Shown: positions 14,814 to 27,593, numbered from the whole stretch's first letter. The stretch is 62,365 nucleotides of DNA, filler included, from Collodictyon triciliatum (GCA_043381765.1; 17 parts of 17 records of this genome joined end to end with filler, not necessarily neighbours in it), one strand, 5' to 3'. Notes: generated by a model not told the origin, from the letters alone. Numbers and translations: made by a program.

Positions 14814-17120
14814 ACAACAAACAACAACAACAAGAACAAGAACAAGAACAAGAACAAGAACAAGAACAAGAACAAGAACAAGAACAAGAACAAGAACAAG
14901 AACAAGAACAAGAACAAGAACAAGAACAAGAACAAGAACAACAACAAAAAACATAAATACGAAACGACATTTCATATACAATAGGTAAGTGTACCTTCCC
15001 ATGTTGCAAATACATATCATCTCCGAGGGAAAAGAAAACCCCAAAGAAGTTTACTATCGAGTGCCAAAGAGCATACATCATCCATTGAATAAGTTTCTTA
15101 ACATAGCCCGACGAGGTTAAACACACATGAGCGAATAGGTTTGTAAAATTCAGGCATATAAACTTCAAAATGAAAATACTCGATACAAACGCGATAGGTA
15201 TGGAGAAGGCATATAAGACTTGCTGCAAAAAAGGGTTGATTAAGTGGCTACCTTCGGAGAGAAATCAGATCGTGACTGCACGGTCATATATAGTGCCGGA
15301 TTGCTCATTAAAATATCCTTATGCTTTATTTGGCAATACATAGGCATGAATAACACATCTTAGAAATAATCACATATAAATTGAGATGGTAAACCAGCAT
15401 ATAATTATTATCATCTTATGAAAAATACAATACCAAGTCCTGCTCTAGGATAGCCAACAGGAAAATGGGCAGAGATGTGTAAAAAATGTTGTAAAACATC
15501 ATTAAATACGGGTCGATGATAGTCTATTCGATTGTATTACAGTTAGAAATTTAATAAAGCAGTTTGATGGGTACCAATCTAGAGAAAGCTGACTTATAAT
15601 TAGCAATTAACATATACCCTCGGTCCTGCACAAAAGTTGAAAGGAAGAATAAAAAAAAAAAAAAGAAGCAATTAACATATACAAACCTGCCCTGTGAAAG
15701 CAGAACAAAAGGCAAAATAGATGATCGGCAAAATGAATGACATGCTTTTGTAGTATGAATAAAGTATGAGAACTGACATTCTCCTATAACACCACCGGCC
15801 ATGCACTAAAAGCAACTTTCCAAGAAATCTATATGAAAGAATTGAAATTGTCAGAGGTTTAGATGTTCTATCATTAAAATAGTGTCGCGTGAATAAGATT
15901 AGTTTGCTGTAATTCATAATGCGATAGCAGATGATTGACATCCAATAACCAAATACGACAGGAATTTTGAATTCTTCACTGCAAATATACTTTTTTCAAG
16001 CGATAAAGACTGGTGTAAAGAAAAAAATTATACGCGAATTGAGACAAGGCATAATCTGAGGCTCTCACTGCTTGCCTTCCTTCTCGACCGATGATTCCGA
16101 CGCCAACTTTAGCCTCCTGTATCATACTTCAGGGATATATGTTTAGACTTATTTCCCGCATCAAGGATTGCCTGATTTAGTGCAAATCAGATTCGGAATT
16201 TGGAGACTGTTTATATCCCCAGGTTTCCATGGATAATTATTATGATTATTAGGATATGCATACCTGACGTCATTGCCGCCGTCTCCAACAGACAAACAAA
16301 TCGGCTTCTTCTCTGAACTTTGTACGACTCTTACCACAAGAGCCTAATGCGTCGATTTTTTTAAGCACAAATAACAAAACAATATTCAGAATGATGAAGA
16401 AAATCTAAAATTATATTATTTATACTAGCGAAAAGAACCAAAAAAGACCGTACATTGGATATAAAAGAAAGAGATAAATAACCAGGATTGTCTACTAACA
16501 TAGCAAAAATAGTCTCAAATACGATTGTTATATTTTTATTTTTAAAAAAGAAACCTTCTGTAGTGGGGACATACGACAACACACCACACTCTGACATCTC
16601 ATCGCGACAGAAAGGAATAATTCCTGCAATAGGTTTGTTAACTAAATCCAGATATCTCATATAATAGCATAAATGAAAAGAATATTTAGAAGGGCATATA
16701 TTAACCGGGAAAAACTCGAGGGCGCATGTTATTGCTTCTCCGTCGATTACCAGCCCTATCGGCTGGGGATACACGACCATGCCATACCATATGATGTGAA
16801 ATAGTTTGACATTTGGTTAGTTCTCCTTTTGAAAAGAAAAGAAAACTTCTTGCATGGTTTTCTTTTCAAAAAAAAAAAACCACAACAGCAAAAATTAAGA
16901 CATACTACCTTCCGTTCCATTTCAATGTTTACATCAGATAATGATTTTTCCTCAGTAATTATGTTAGGACTTTTTCTAAACCCAGAGAAAAGTGGAGGTA
17001 AGCCGGCAGAATGTTCTGGCTGATTCACAACTGGTTCATAAGGGTCCTTATGAGGGAAAGTCTTTTTCCCAGCACCATAATTATACTTTTCTGCCGCGGA
17101 GCTCATGATTGGGTCTGTGC
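14160..17120 (-). CDS. P4-type ATPase (phospholipid flippase), C-terminal half
   Basis: Exons give [79 protein letters not shown] and NPALY. Confidence 0.95.
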
Positions 17121-17431
17121 TTCCTTCTGTTGACCAAAATGTCGATCAATATAATTGCCCGACCCCCTTTCCCCCGAAAACAAACAAACAAACAAACAAA
17201 CCAAAAAAAAAAAAAANNNNNNNNNNNNNNNNNNNNNNNNNNNNNNNNNNNNNNNNNNNNTTAATTAATTAANNNNNNNNNNNNNNNNNNNNNNNNNNNN
17301 NNNNNNNNNNNNNNNNTCTTTTTCTATCTCCCACACATCCCCACCTACTTTGGAACTACTTGCCTGATGGTTGAATGAAAGATTGTTGAGACGGGCTCAA
17401 CAGCTAAGACTTTTAGAATAAAAAAAATAAT

Positions 17432-17700
17432 CTATTCAATTAAATTGTTAAATAAATAATCGCTTGTTGCAGCGGTGCCAGCACCTGGTGTAATTTCAAC
17501 ATAAAAATGAAACATCAATGTGTCCATATCAAGTTCCATGCCGATTTCGCTCGGTACGTTCCAAAGAATTCTATCTGTCAAGGTTGGTTCAAACCGACCG
17601 CCGTTAAAAGGAGTTATTTTATAAATTTGTTTCGCGCAAGAACTTTGTAATTGTAGTTTTTGACACGCATGTCTTTTGCTTCAGAGGGAAATTCAGTCAT
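17432..17700 (-). pseudogene. Polinton-like virus/virophage-type major capsid protein N-terminus (decayed)
   Basis: With one A-run frameshift it reads MTEFPSEAKDMRVKNYNYKVLAR-KQIYKITPFNGGRFEPTLTDRILWNVPSEIGMELDMDTLMFHFYVEITPGAGTAATSDYLFNNLIE*II. This fits the I.P.NG..F.P..I.F.IP...LD...F pattern of PLV-type double jelly-roll capsids; it has no introns. Confidence 0.6.
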
Positions 17701-17705
17701 ACATT

Positions 17706-17759
<54 letters not shown>

Positions 17760-17761
<2 letters not shown>

Positions 17762-18120
17762 ATGTCGTTGGACATAATCCGCGCCCTGTCGAGGCAAGTA
17801 CGTAAGTCTGGCCGAGGTCCTGAATTCCGGAGCCGATGGCTGATGCGTTTTTAAGTTTCCAGTCGGTATTTCCAAGGGTTGTCAGCCCTTTCCCCAGAAT
17901 ACTCGCGGCGGTGATTGCGCTCACCAGCGGGTGGGCAATTGTATGAAAAGCAGGTTTTAGTCATGTTCCCTGCAGCCCCAACTAAACCAGTCCGCAGCTT
18001 GCTCGATTTAAATCAGATTATGCTCTGTCCAATCCTTGTAGCTTTTTTTATTGCGTTGTCTGTGTGTCGCGTGAGAAATCGACCGATACCCCTGGCTTGT
18101 TTTCTAACATCAACAACCAT
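17760..18120 (-). pseudogene. Small basic Gly/Ala-rich ORF directly upstream of the capsid remnant (putative viral core or membrane protein)
   Basis: MVVDVRKQARGIGRFLTRHTDNAIKKATRIGQSII* ... HPLVSAITAASILGKGLTTLG..ASAIGSGIQDLGQTY; frameshifted and intronless. Confidence 0.4.
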
Positions 18121-18191
18121 ACTCTGGCCAAGAAATTTTATACAAGTTACATTATGAGCTATCGATTCTATACCAAATTGAATTTAAGAAT

Positions 18192-19668
18192 ATGTCTTTG
18201 ACTTACGAAAAAACTAAAAATGGTCCAACAAAACATATGCAAGTAAATGAAAGAGTAGCGTTTATACAAAATTTATTGAATATCACTGAAGAAGAAGTGG
18301 AAAAAACAAATAGACCTCAGAAAAAATCAGGCTCAGATCCAAAAAAAAAAAAAATAGCAGATGCTATTTATAACAAAGTTTATTTAGAAGCAGAAGTATT
18401 AACTTAGAAGTATCCCTTTTCACAAAAAGTTCTTGAACAAAAACTTGCTTGACCATCATCCGAAAGAACTGAGGCAGTTACAAGTGCAAAAACGCCAATC
18501 ATTCCACCAAATACATCCAAAGCTTCAGCTGCAACTCCTATTCCAGAACAGACATAATCATTTTACGAGGAAAATACTATAAATCAAGCAATAGACTTTA
18601 TGGCAACTCAAGTACTATCACCAGAAATTTATGAATTAATTGCCAATAGTTATAAACCATCAGAACAACTACAAGTAACGTTATTGAGAAAGTATGAGCC
18701 ATTTGGGTTGCCCACTGGTAAAAATAAAAGCCAGTATAATTATTTAATTAATAAGATAGCTCAAGAAATATACAAAAGTTTTTCAGATCCTATAGCAGCG
18801 GCCAATCAGGAAATAGACATGATATTAGACGGTTATATAGCTGCTTTAAAAGCATATTGATTTCAATATACCTGAGGATATAACCCTAATGCTTCAGAGA
18901 AAGGTTACTAACAACTTTCAAATTATTATACATAGCTTACTGTTTTGTTTTTAAAATAACCCGTTGGGACCTTCCAAAAATACCAGAAAAATGAAGTGAA
19001 CTTGAAATTATTGAAGGAGAAGATGAAGGATTTGCTCCAGCCATGGGTAGGTCTGTTTCTATAGCACCTGAGCAAAACCAATATATAGAGGATGAACCTG
19101 ATGAGGAACAAAAACATATTGTGATTACTACATATCACATTAATGCGAGAGTTGCAAAGCTTAAGGACAGATATACTAATGATCGGAAAAAGGAAATATT
19201 TAATATTACAACACTACAAAAAACAAAGAAAAAAAACTGCAGCAGGAACTCATATACATTGGCTTGCAAATGATCCATGAAAAGAGCTTCCCAAAAGAAA
19301 TTTAGTCAATTCTTCTGCATTTCGCAATTAATAAAAAAAAAAAAATGAAAATCTTGATGAGTGGGCTTAATCTCCCCAATTTCAAGTTTTATACGATTTT
19401 TGGACTAGTATTTAACAGAGACAGAGTGTGAAGTATTAATTGGTATCATGAATGGCGATGATGAAATAGTTTGCGACCAAACACTACATGAATGTAACCA
19501 GGCAAAAGGAATACTTTTAACCCGTACGGCAGAAGAACAGTTATATAATGAAGAACTTGAACGTAGAAACAAAGAACAAGAACGTACTTCAAGAGTTGAC
19601 GAAGGAGAACTAAGAAAACATAAAGATGAAAGATTAGCTAAAATTAAAGCCGAGCGTGAAATTGCAGT

Positions 19669-19752
<84 letters not shown>

Positions 19753-19760
19753 AAGAGAAA

Positions 19761-19793
<33 letters not shown>

Positions 19794-19924
19794 CCGAAGC
19801 AGAAGCAAAACGAGACTTTGAAGTGTATAATGAAGCGTTAAAAAAAATTAAAATTTTACTTAACGAACGAAAAACTGCATATGATCACGTCATAGCAAAC
19901 GGAATTTTGTGCCTGAAGGTGTAG
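18192..19924 (+). pseudogene. Long intronless decayed ORF with a coiled-coil C-terminus, probably part of the same endogenous viral element
   Basis: The ORFs at 18192 and 18600 share one frame, separated only by single TAG, TGA and TAA codons. No splice sites are seen. It is divergent from the capsid cassette. Confidence 0.55.
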
Positions 19925-19959
19925 AAAACAAAACTCTTAAAACTTGCACAGTTGTCGTA

Positions 19960-20480
19960 TTCTAAAAAACACAGTTAGCAAAACAACAAGTTAGGGAAAA
20001 TAAAACAACTGACTGGCCTCAACTTACACAAGACGTATCAAAATATTGCGATGCGGAAGTACACTATGGACTATGTGGATAGCACGCATATACTCACGCA
20101 AAGCAAGACTCAACAACCAACTAGCCATTCCTGATAATAGACTGGATGACGTCATACAAATCTCTTTCCTCAATAGCTTTCTTCGCCATCTGCACGTTCT
20201 TTATCACAAACCTTGCGAGAAGATACATGTGGAAGGAAGCTGAGAAGGATATTAAACCTCGCTTTGTATCTCTCATGAGGCACAAGACCCAGGCTACAGG
20301 CCAAACCGCAGAATGCAATTGCTGATTGCTGACTACTCCTCCGCCACCCAGCCACCAAGTAGCGTCCATGCAAACGAGGACTAGCGAGCCAAATCCAACA
20401 TCTCCACCATCCTGCACAAATCAAAAGAAAATAGAAATAGAAATAGAAATAGAAATAGAAATAGAAATAGAAATAGAAAT
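19960..20480 (+). mobile_element. 3' end of non-LTR retrotransposon family B with a (GAAATA)n tail
   Basis: LWTMWIAR resembles the W.IW..RN motif at the C-terminus of L1/Tx1-type ORF2. Region 20330-20420 matches 52106-52200. Confidence 0.65.
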
Positions 20481-20581
20481 AGGAAAGAAAACTAGCGACT
20501 AAAGAGTGATTCGCTTCTTGCGTTATGATAAATAAACAAATGAGAATGCAGATGAATTCATATGGAGCAGTTTTCGGCCGC

Positions 20582-20676
<95 letters not shown>

Positions 20677-22816
20677 NNNNNNNNNNNNNNNNNNNNNNNN
20701 NNNNNNNNNNNNNNNNNNNNTTAATTAATTAANNNNNNNNNNNNNNNNNNNNNNNNNNNNNNNNNNNNNNNNNNNNATCGTCCAAAAAAAAAAAAAAAAG
20801 AAAAAGAAAAGAAATGCAAAGATTATGATTATCATTATTTATCGGCTTCATTTAAGCTTATTTGACATGTTCGAGAAGAGCTTGGTTGGGAATGGGTTGG
20901 TAGGACGCGTGTCGGGGAAGCTCTTGCGAAGGGGTGTATGAGGGCATGGGGTATTTACCAAGGAGGGCAGGCATGAAATAGAGCGGGGACAATCCTGTTG
21001 GGTGTGGTTTTTGTGGGGTCGAAGCTCGGCGTAGATATGTTATCTCAGTCCTCTCTCATGCGAGCACTCTGTTGGTGACGTCATTTTCTTCGAGATGTTG
21101 TGGGGTGTGCTCCGTTGTCCGGCGAAGCACACCCCGGCTGCCCTGGATTGGGTATAACTGAGGGCACAGGAGGACGGCCCAGGGAATGCACGATACAGGG
21201 CCGGAATCACACACACCGCGCACCCTGTGGGGTTCGTACCAAGTTCGCGCAGGTTAGACGCTGTCCCATGCCAGCTGGATTACAACCTCTGCCCCATAAT
21301 TACATCTAGTCATATTAGACCCCTCCGTTTCAATCAGCATCTTCCATCCCTCATGCGAGAATTATTAATCATTTATCTAGATTGGCTTGTAAAGATATCG
21401 CGTTTCTTTCATTCAATACGTTGTAGATGGATTTCAAATTGAGATGAGCACGGTTATGTTGTAAAATTTAATATTTTTCATCCATTTGTTTGTGTTGGAT
21501 TGAATGCCCCTGATGAACAAACTTTGTTTATAGAATAGCCATCCGTCGTAATCTAACATCGGACTCACTTACTGAGGACCATAGCTCTTTGTTAGTGATG
21601 TGCCCATAAAATTGAGAAGCATCCGGGCAAAACAAATAACAGTTTGTTTTTGTTGCCTTTTGCTATTCTTTTTGTATATATTTGTACCTTTTGCTTCGTT
21701 TTGTTATTTAAAAGAGGAAACTACGACACTTCAACCGCTACGCTTACGAACACTGTAAGAAGATGTTATCTGTATTACAAAATAATAGGGTGCTTCAATG
21801 TTCTCTCTTGAAGAGAGGGTAAAAGGCAGTAATAGGTAGGTATGGATGATTCCTTTGAAGTGCTGGGGCGAATCCATACTCGTCTTTTACAAAGTGGATG
21901 AGGCGTGTCGTTCTTTGGTGTAGGTTGTCTCGAAGGGTCTCTCGAGGTTCTATTTGGTATTGTATCTGTCCGGTACATCCAGAGATGGACGACCTTTTTG
22001 TAGAGTTATTGTGCTAATGCGTTTGTCACAGCTATTCCCTTCCCTCCGAACAGCGACCTTCACGCTTCTTTGAATTGCTTCATCAAAAAAAATACACTTC
22101 TCCTGGTTAGATAATTATTGCAACGTCTCATCTTCTCATATATTTCCCATGCATATCTCAGTTGGCACTCGAGTATTTCTTCGACTATTCTCTTACCTTA
22201 TATATTCAACTTCGAACTCAGATGTTTCCTCTAACTCATTCATTCCATTTTTACTTATTCATTTTACAGTTCTACTAGTAGTATTTTTAATTGATTAATA
22301 ACCAAAGCTAGATGGATTTTTACAATGTGTGATAAAATTTGCATGCATGATACTTGAGATATTACTTATTCTCCTCTAGGCGGTTCTACGAAATGAGCTT
22401 TAAGTTTTTTGGGGGTAAGCTTCCGATTCCATTCTTGAGTTTCCAGCAAATAGGAGCACAATGCCCCCTACCCTTTAACCTTTTGTGTTTTCTTTTCTAA
22501 TCAGAATAAATTTTCCGACACTCTTCCCTCGGCAATACATTTCTGAGCCTCATGCAAGTTTGTCTTTATCTTTTCCAAGTATCCCTGGTGTCAGGTTATT
22601 CGTGTCAACCGTCCCTTGAATCAGATTTTAGGAAAATATTGAGTCCTGGCCTGTAATAAAAAAAGGACATTTTCCTCGTCTGGGTTTGTTGAATTATTAT
22701 ATGCAAACTATATAAATTTAAGTATGTTATCCCTGTTGCCCAGACACTTGTTCCTATGCTCTCATTTTATCTTGTATCATCTCGATTATTCGTTGTGGCT
22801 ATTCGCTGGATTCTTG

Positions 22817-22848
22817 TTTTTTTTTATTCTTCCTTTCAATTTTGTCCA
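22817..22848 (-). mobile_element. Truncated family-B LINE tail with a diverged 16-bp TSD
   Basis: The insert CAAAATTGAAAGGAAGAATA9 lies between ATTCGCTGGATTCTTG (22801-22816) and ATTCGCTGATTTCTTG (22849-22864). Confidence 0.7.
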
Positions 22849-23927
22849 ATTCGCTGATTTCTTGGTGTTTTATGATAGGCATCCGCATTCCTCTTCATGA
22901 ATTCCATTTTAAATGTCCAAAATCTACTAGCGACTCGGCTGTCTCTGTTGGACGTAACTTGTTTCATTAGTCTGTGGAAGTTGAATATCTGCCTATGAAA
23001 AAATCTGGAATATCCACGACTGTTGTTGTTGGTTTGTATGCTCTGGACTATGCGCCTTCGTCAAATGCTCCGAAAATAACACTGCACATTCATTAACTTA
23101 CATCGATTTCGGTATATGGGTAGTGAAATGAATCTCGATATCGTTCCACAGTAACTCTGAATCTTTTGTTAGTTACTCTGCTTCGCGTGGTTTGTGATAT
23201 TATATCCTTTTCTTTTGGCAGAATTAACAATAAACTGTATTTTATTTATGTAACTTTCACGCTTGTTCAAAAATGTTTTTAGTTTATCATCTCATATGTT
23301 TGGTTAGTCCAGGGTTTTCATTCTTGTAGGTGTCCTGGTCGTCATACTATAACGGTACTCATCTTATTCGTCTTTGAATCCAAAATCTCTCATTGTAGGT
23401 CATATAAATGTGTTCATTTCTGAGAAAGAATCCTCTTTTTTTTTCTGCTCTCTCCTGGAATGGTCTTTTTTTCTGAATGATACCCTGGTCTTAAGAGTCC
23501 ATATCTTTTACGAACGATTGATGTTTTTCGTAGATGTTGTCGCATATTTCTATATGCCAGTTCTCTTTTTCTTTCTCTTTTTCTTTCTCTTTCTCTTTTT
23601 CTTTTTCTTTTTCTTTTTCTTTTTCTTTTTCTTTTTCTTTTTCTTTTGGTTTTCTCCATTGGTATAGACAAGGTTTTTAAGCTTATTTACGAACTGACCT
23701 CTGAATAAGAAACAACGAAAGCGATACCATATCCATTGCGTGTGATTATTGAGTGGCTCATCTCTGTGACAAAATATGTGGTTCTAATTTTGATACGCCT
23801 CACAAATTAATTGTAGTTTAGCGCTCTTCCATCGGGCATTTTTATCTTGTAAAATCCTTCAATTTTGTCGCAGACAATCTCATATTACACACTCGTTCTC
23901 TTGAAATAGAATTGGTTGAAGACCTCG

Positions 23928-23954
23928 TTTTTTTTTCCTTTATTCGATTCAAAG
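23928..23954 (-). mobile_element. 27-bp family-A LINE tail with a perfect 11-bp TSD
   Basis: CTTTGAATCGAATAAAGGA9 is flanked by TGAAGACCTCG at 23917-23927 and 23955-23965. Confidence 0.85.
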
Positions 23955-24034
23955 TGAAGACCTCGAATCCAATAGAATCTGCACCTCTACGTTCCAGTCT
24001 CCTACCTTTCATAAACTATATTTTGATATAGTAG

Positions 24035-24135
24035 CCCTTTGGTTTTGCACAAAAACCACGTTTCCCTTTGGTTTTGCACAAAAACCACGTTTCCCTTTGG
24101 TTTTGCACAAAAACCACGTTTCCCTTTGGTTTTGC
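24035..24135. repeat. 29-bp perfect tandem repeat, at least 3.5 copies
   Basis: Unit CCCTTTGGTTTTGCACAAAAACCACGTTT runs into the contig end. Confidence 0.92.
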
Positions 24136-24299
24136 NNNNNNNNNNNNNNNNNNNNNNNNNNNNNNNNNNNNNNNNNNNNTTAATTAATTAANNNNNNNNN
24201 NNNNNNNNNNNNNNNNNNNNNNNNNNNNNNNNNNNTGGCATGATTCTAGGCGATGCCGCTTTGATTGGATAAGTCTCCAAATAGTTTGGAATGGGAAAT

Positions 24300-25982
24300 T
24301 TTCGGACATCAACGGTATTTTTTTCTAAATTGACATTCAAACAAATTCAAAGAACAAAAAAAAATTGTTTAGATTTAATAGAAAGTAAATATAATAGAAG
24401 AATAATCTGTTAGAAAGTATACCAAAATCTCTTTTCATTTCGTTATTGAGACAAAAATTTAAGAGTTATATTAAAATTACTTAAATCATAAACAATAACA
24501 TCATTCGTGTGCTTGGAACCTCCGCTGTCGTATGCACCCCCAAAAATAAACATTTTGTCTTTATATATTACCGGGGCAGCAAATATAACCGCTTGTAATG
24601 GAATATCAACAGGCGGATACCATTTCAAACTTGCTATGAAAGAATTTGAAGCTTAAGAATATTTTTTCATAAATAACATTATATCCATTCTAGAAAAAAA
24701 TTTTTGAAAATTTTACTCATGTTGAAGGTCCAAACTTTGGAATGGAAAATATCGTATGCATCCATTCCACCAAAAAATATTAGGGTGTCCTTGTAAGTCT
24801 CCATTTGAGTAAATCGTAGTAAAGCCTGGTTTTCATCGTTTTTTTGCAATCCTGAATGATAGGCCCTCCACATAGAGGTTTCTAAAAAAAATTGAACATT
24901 TTTTCTTTTTTTGTAAAAGAATTTCTGGGTTCATTCCCTTTATGTAAGCGAATCATACCCGTATTGAAAACCCAAAAGTTGTATTCTATGTACCCATTTG
25001 TTCCTCCATAAACATATATTTCATTTTTATAGGTAGCACAACTGATTTTGCTCGCGGGCTTTATTGCATTCGGGGATAAAAATTTCACATTCTCCCATTC
25101 GTACGTATCAAGATTTAGAGATAGAAGGTCATTGGCATTGATAAACCCCTTCCACAATGATCCTCCGAATATGTAAAACTGGCATTATCAGATAATATAC
25201 AGGAGGGGTTGAAATTAAAGTTATTCTATATAAAATTTAAGCTTACATATTAGAGTGGAATATGAAATAAAAAATACTCTATCCTATTAAATGAAAATAA
25301 ACCTTGTTTCCAATAATAGACGAGCAATAAAATAATCTGCGTTCGGGGTATATCCCTTTTGTCATTTCCCATCTCCAAGAAAGGCTTGCTATAGTATTTT
25401 TTTAAAGAATTATTTTTATAGAACCTCGATGGAGCCGAATTCAATATATCAATATAAATGTAATTTATGAGTATCAACAAAATAAGTGATTCTAAATACA
25501 ACTTGTATTGAATATCCAAAGCCTCTCGAATATTGGAATTGAGGATTCATATTCTGCATTCCCTCTTCATTATTTTCAGTGTTGTTAGAGTTTTTTATAA
25601 GAGCCGAAGGGAATTCAATTTTTTTTTCGATACGATGTATTTCATGTAAGAAAAATAAATCATTACTCATCTCCAACAAAGTAAATTAGTTCTCCTCTTG
25701 CAACAGCAGCAGTACTCTGGTGAGTCATTGGTTCCATAGATTGATACGTCCAATCTTAAGAGGAGGGTTAGATCATTCATTTCGATTTCTGAGACATCTT
25801 TTTTTTTTGGAGGGGGGAGGGGGGATATATATGTATTCCGAAATGTTTTTCCAAAAAAAAATATCAATCAAAGATGGAATTGGTATAAAAAAAATACTTC
25901 CTATAGCCCCTTTTGCAGCATCGGCTTTCAGTATGATTGCGTAAATAAAAGCAAGAATAACCTTTGCTTTCATTCTATTCAT
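24300..25982 (-). CDS. Kelch-repeat protein, multi-exon, partial
   Basis: Repeated blades: FYIFGGSLW..NDLLSLNLDTYEW, IYVYGG..FWVFNT, LIFFGGMD..VWTFNM, MFIFGG..NDVIVYDL. Confidence 0.85.
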
Positions 25983-26389
25983 TTATCCTATATAAGCATT
26001 TATTATAAGGTATCCGAAAAATACTGAAATAGAGAATATTGTGTATTAGCATAATTTTTTTTATTATCAAACATTATTCATATAACTGTATTGATATAAG
26101 AGGGATAATCGTGTTTAGTATTTCATCTGGTATATTTGGATCAAATAAAGAAAAAAATCATGTGGTATCGATACTAGGTCAGTATTAAGTTTAAAAATAA
26201 TGGTTTTTTTATTTCAGATCAAATGTTTTTGAAAAAATCTTTTCCTATTTTCTATTATACGTCTCTATATTAACCAATAAAATACTTAATTTGAATGTAG
26301 ATGATTATGGGTCTATTTTTGTGTTTCTACTCTATGTTTAAAATTGCATCTTAAAAATAAAATACCATTCCTTTTTTTTACAAGTCATT

Positions 26390-26660
26390 TTCTTTGCAAT
26401 TTTTTAGAAGGATGGTGCATTTTATATAACGAAATGTCGCCGTTACTTTTTCTCAAGCCTGATTTTTTTTAATGTCATTGACAGGTGACATCTCATCGAA
26501 TAAAATGTCGCCGTTACTTTTTTTTTCTAGCCCGATTTTCTTGCAATTTTTTAAATGGAGGATGCGTTCTATATAACAAAATGTCGCCGTTACTTTTTCT
26601 CAAGCCTGATTTTTTTTAATGTCATTGACAGGTGACATATCTCGAATAAAATGTCAGCGT
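26390..26660. repeat. Imperfect tandem duplication, period ~148 bp
   Basis: AAATGTCGCCGTTACTTTTTCTCAAGCCTGAT..GTCATTGACAGGTGACAT occurs twice. Confidence 0.8.
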
Positions 26661-27242
26661 CGATTATTTTATTTATTTTTTTTTTTTGCTTTTTTATATT
26701 ATAATGTAAAACTTATTTGTTGTGTTTGATACTAGAATATGAACTAAAAGTCTAATAAAATTTAAGGACCATTCTGTTTCTTCTGTATTCGAATAAGAGA
26801 TTTTTTAATTCAACGGGGTTTCAATGAATTCATCCATTTTTTAATTTTATAATAAAATGAAGTACCATCCCGTTTCTTCTGTCTTTGATTAAAGTATTTT
26901 ATTAATCCAAAAAGATTTTTAATGGACTTGGCTTGCTTTATTATTTTCTAAATAAATATTAATTTCTGGCCCCAGAATTCGCCAAAGAACCAACCAATAA
27001 TCTATTCAAGAGGGTCTCGTATAAATGAGTGAGAGACACACACATATTCATTGGAAATTAAACCAATCTTTAAAATACTTGCAATGTATGACCAACACTT
27101 ATCCACTATTCAAATAATATGATCCTTACCATTTTTTGCTTCAATAATAATAATAAAACAAATTTATGACAAAATTATCTCACCTTTATTATTGAAACAA
27201 GAAATTATATCATACACAAAAGTTCAACATAGACTTGAAATG

Positions 27243-27593
27243 CCCGCGCCTGATTTTCAATCAAGCTTCCCGCGCCTGATTTTCAATCAAGCTTCCCGCG
27301 CCTGATGGAAAACACGAGCCGAGACGGGGAGATCGGTGCAAGCCGCGACCCGTCGAAGGCTTTGCAAGTTGCAGCCAGTTCTTCTGGTTCCAACGCTGGC
27401 GCGGAAAAACCCCGAGTTGCACGAAAGTCTAGGAAGACCCGTGCAAGGAAGCCGCCTGCAAGTCTGTCTGATCGGACAGTATTTTTGCACGGGGTCGAGC
27501 AAGTCGTTTACAACAAGAACAAGGCCCGCAGGCTAACAGATGCGCTCGCCTCCTTCTTGAAAGCGAACAAACTTTGGGAAGAGTCCATCCAAT
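27243..27593 (+). mobile_element. 5' end of a non-LTR retrotransposon: 26-bp tandem monomers followed by an ORF1-like frame
   Basis: CCCGCGCCTGATTTTCAATCAAGCTT x2.5 runs into the ATG at 27305. The ORF is intronless, GC-rich and basic, with an RRM-like RTVFLHGV, and enters the scaffold gap. Confidence 0.55.

Larger units (their letters stand above)
21780..24000 (-). mobile_element. Highly degenerate LTR (Ty3/gypsy-like) retrotransposon pol remnant
   Basis: Removing the 27-bp insert and one TSD copy gives VEVQILLDSRSSTNSIS, like the aspartic protease LLDSGSS.NFIS motif. Downstream sequence is intronless and stop-riddled. The extent is approximate. Confidence 0.45.

Noticed and set aside
18192-18960. 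Alternative genetic code or stop-codon readthrough
   Set aside because: All three stop types occur, while intact genes in the window use standard codons and terminate normally.
24035-24135. CRISPR array
   Set aside because: The units are head-to-tail with no spacers, there are no cas genes, and the context is eukaryotic.
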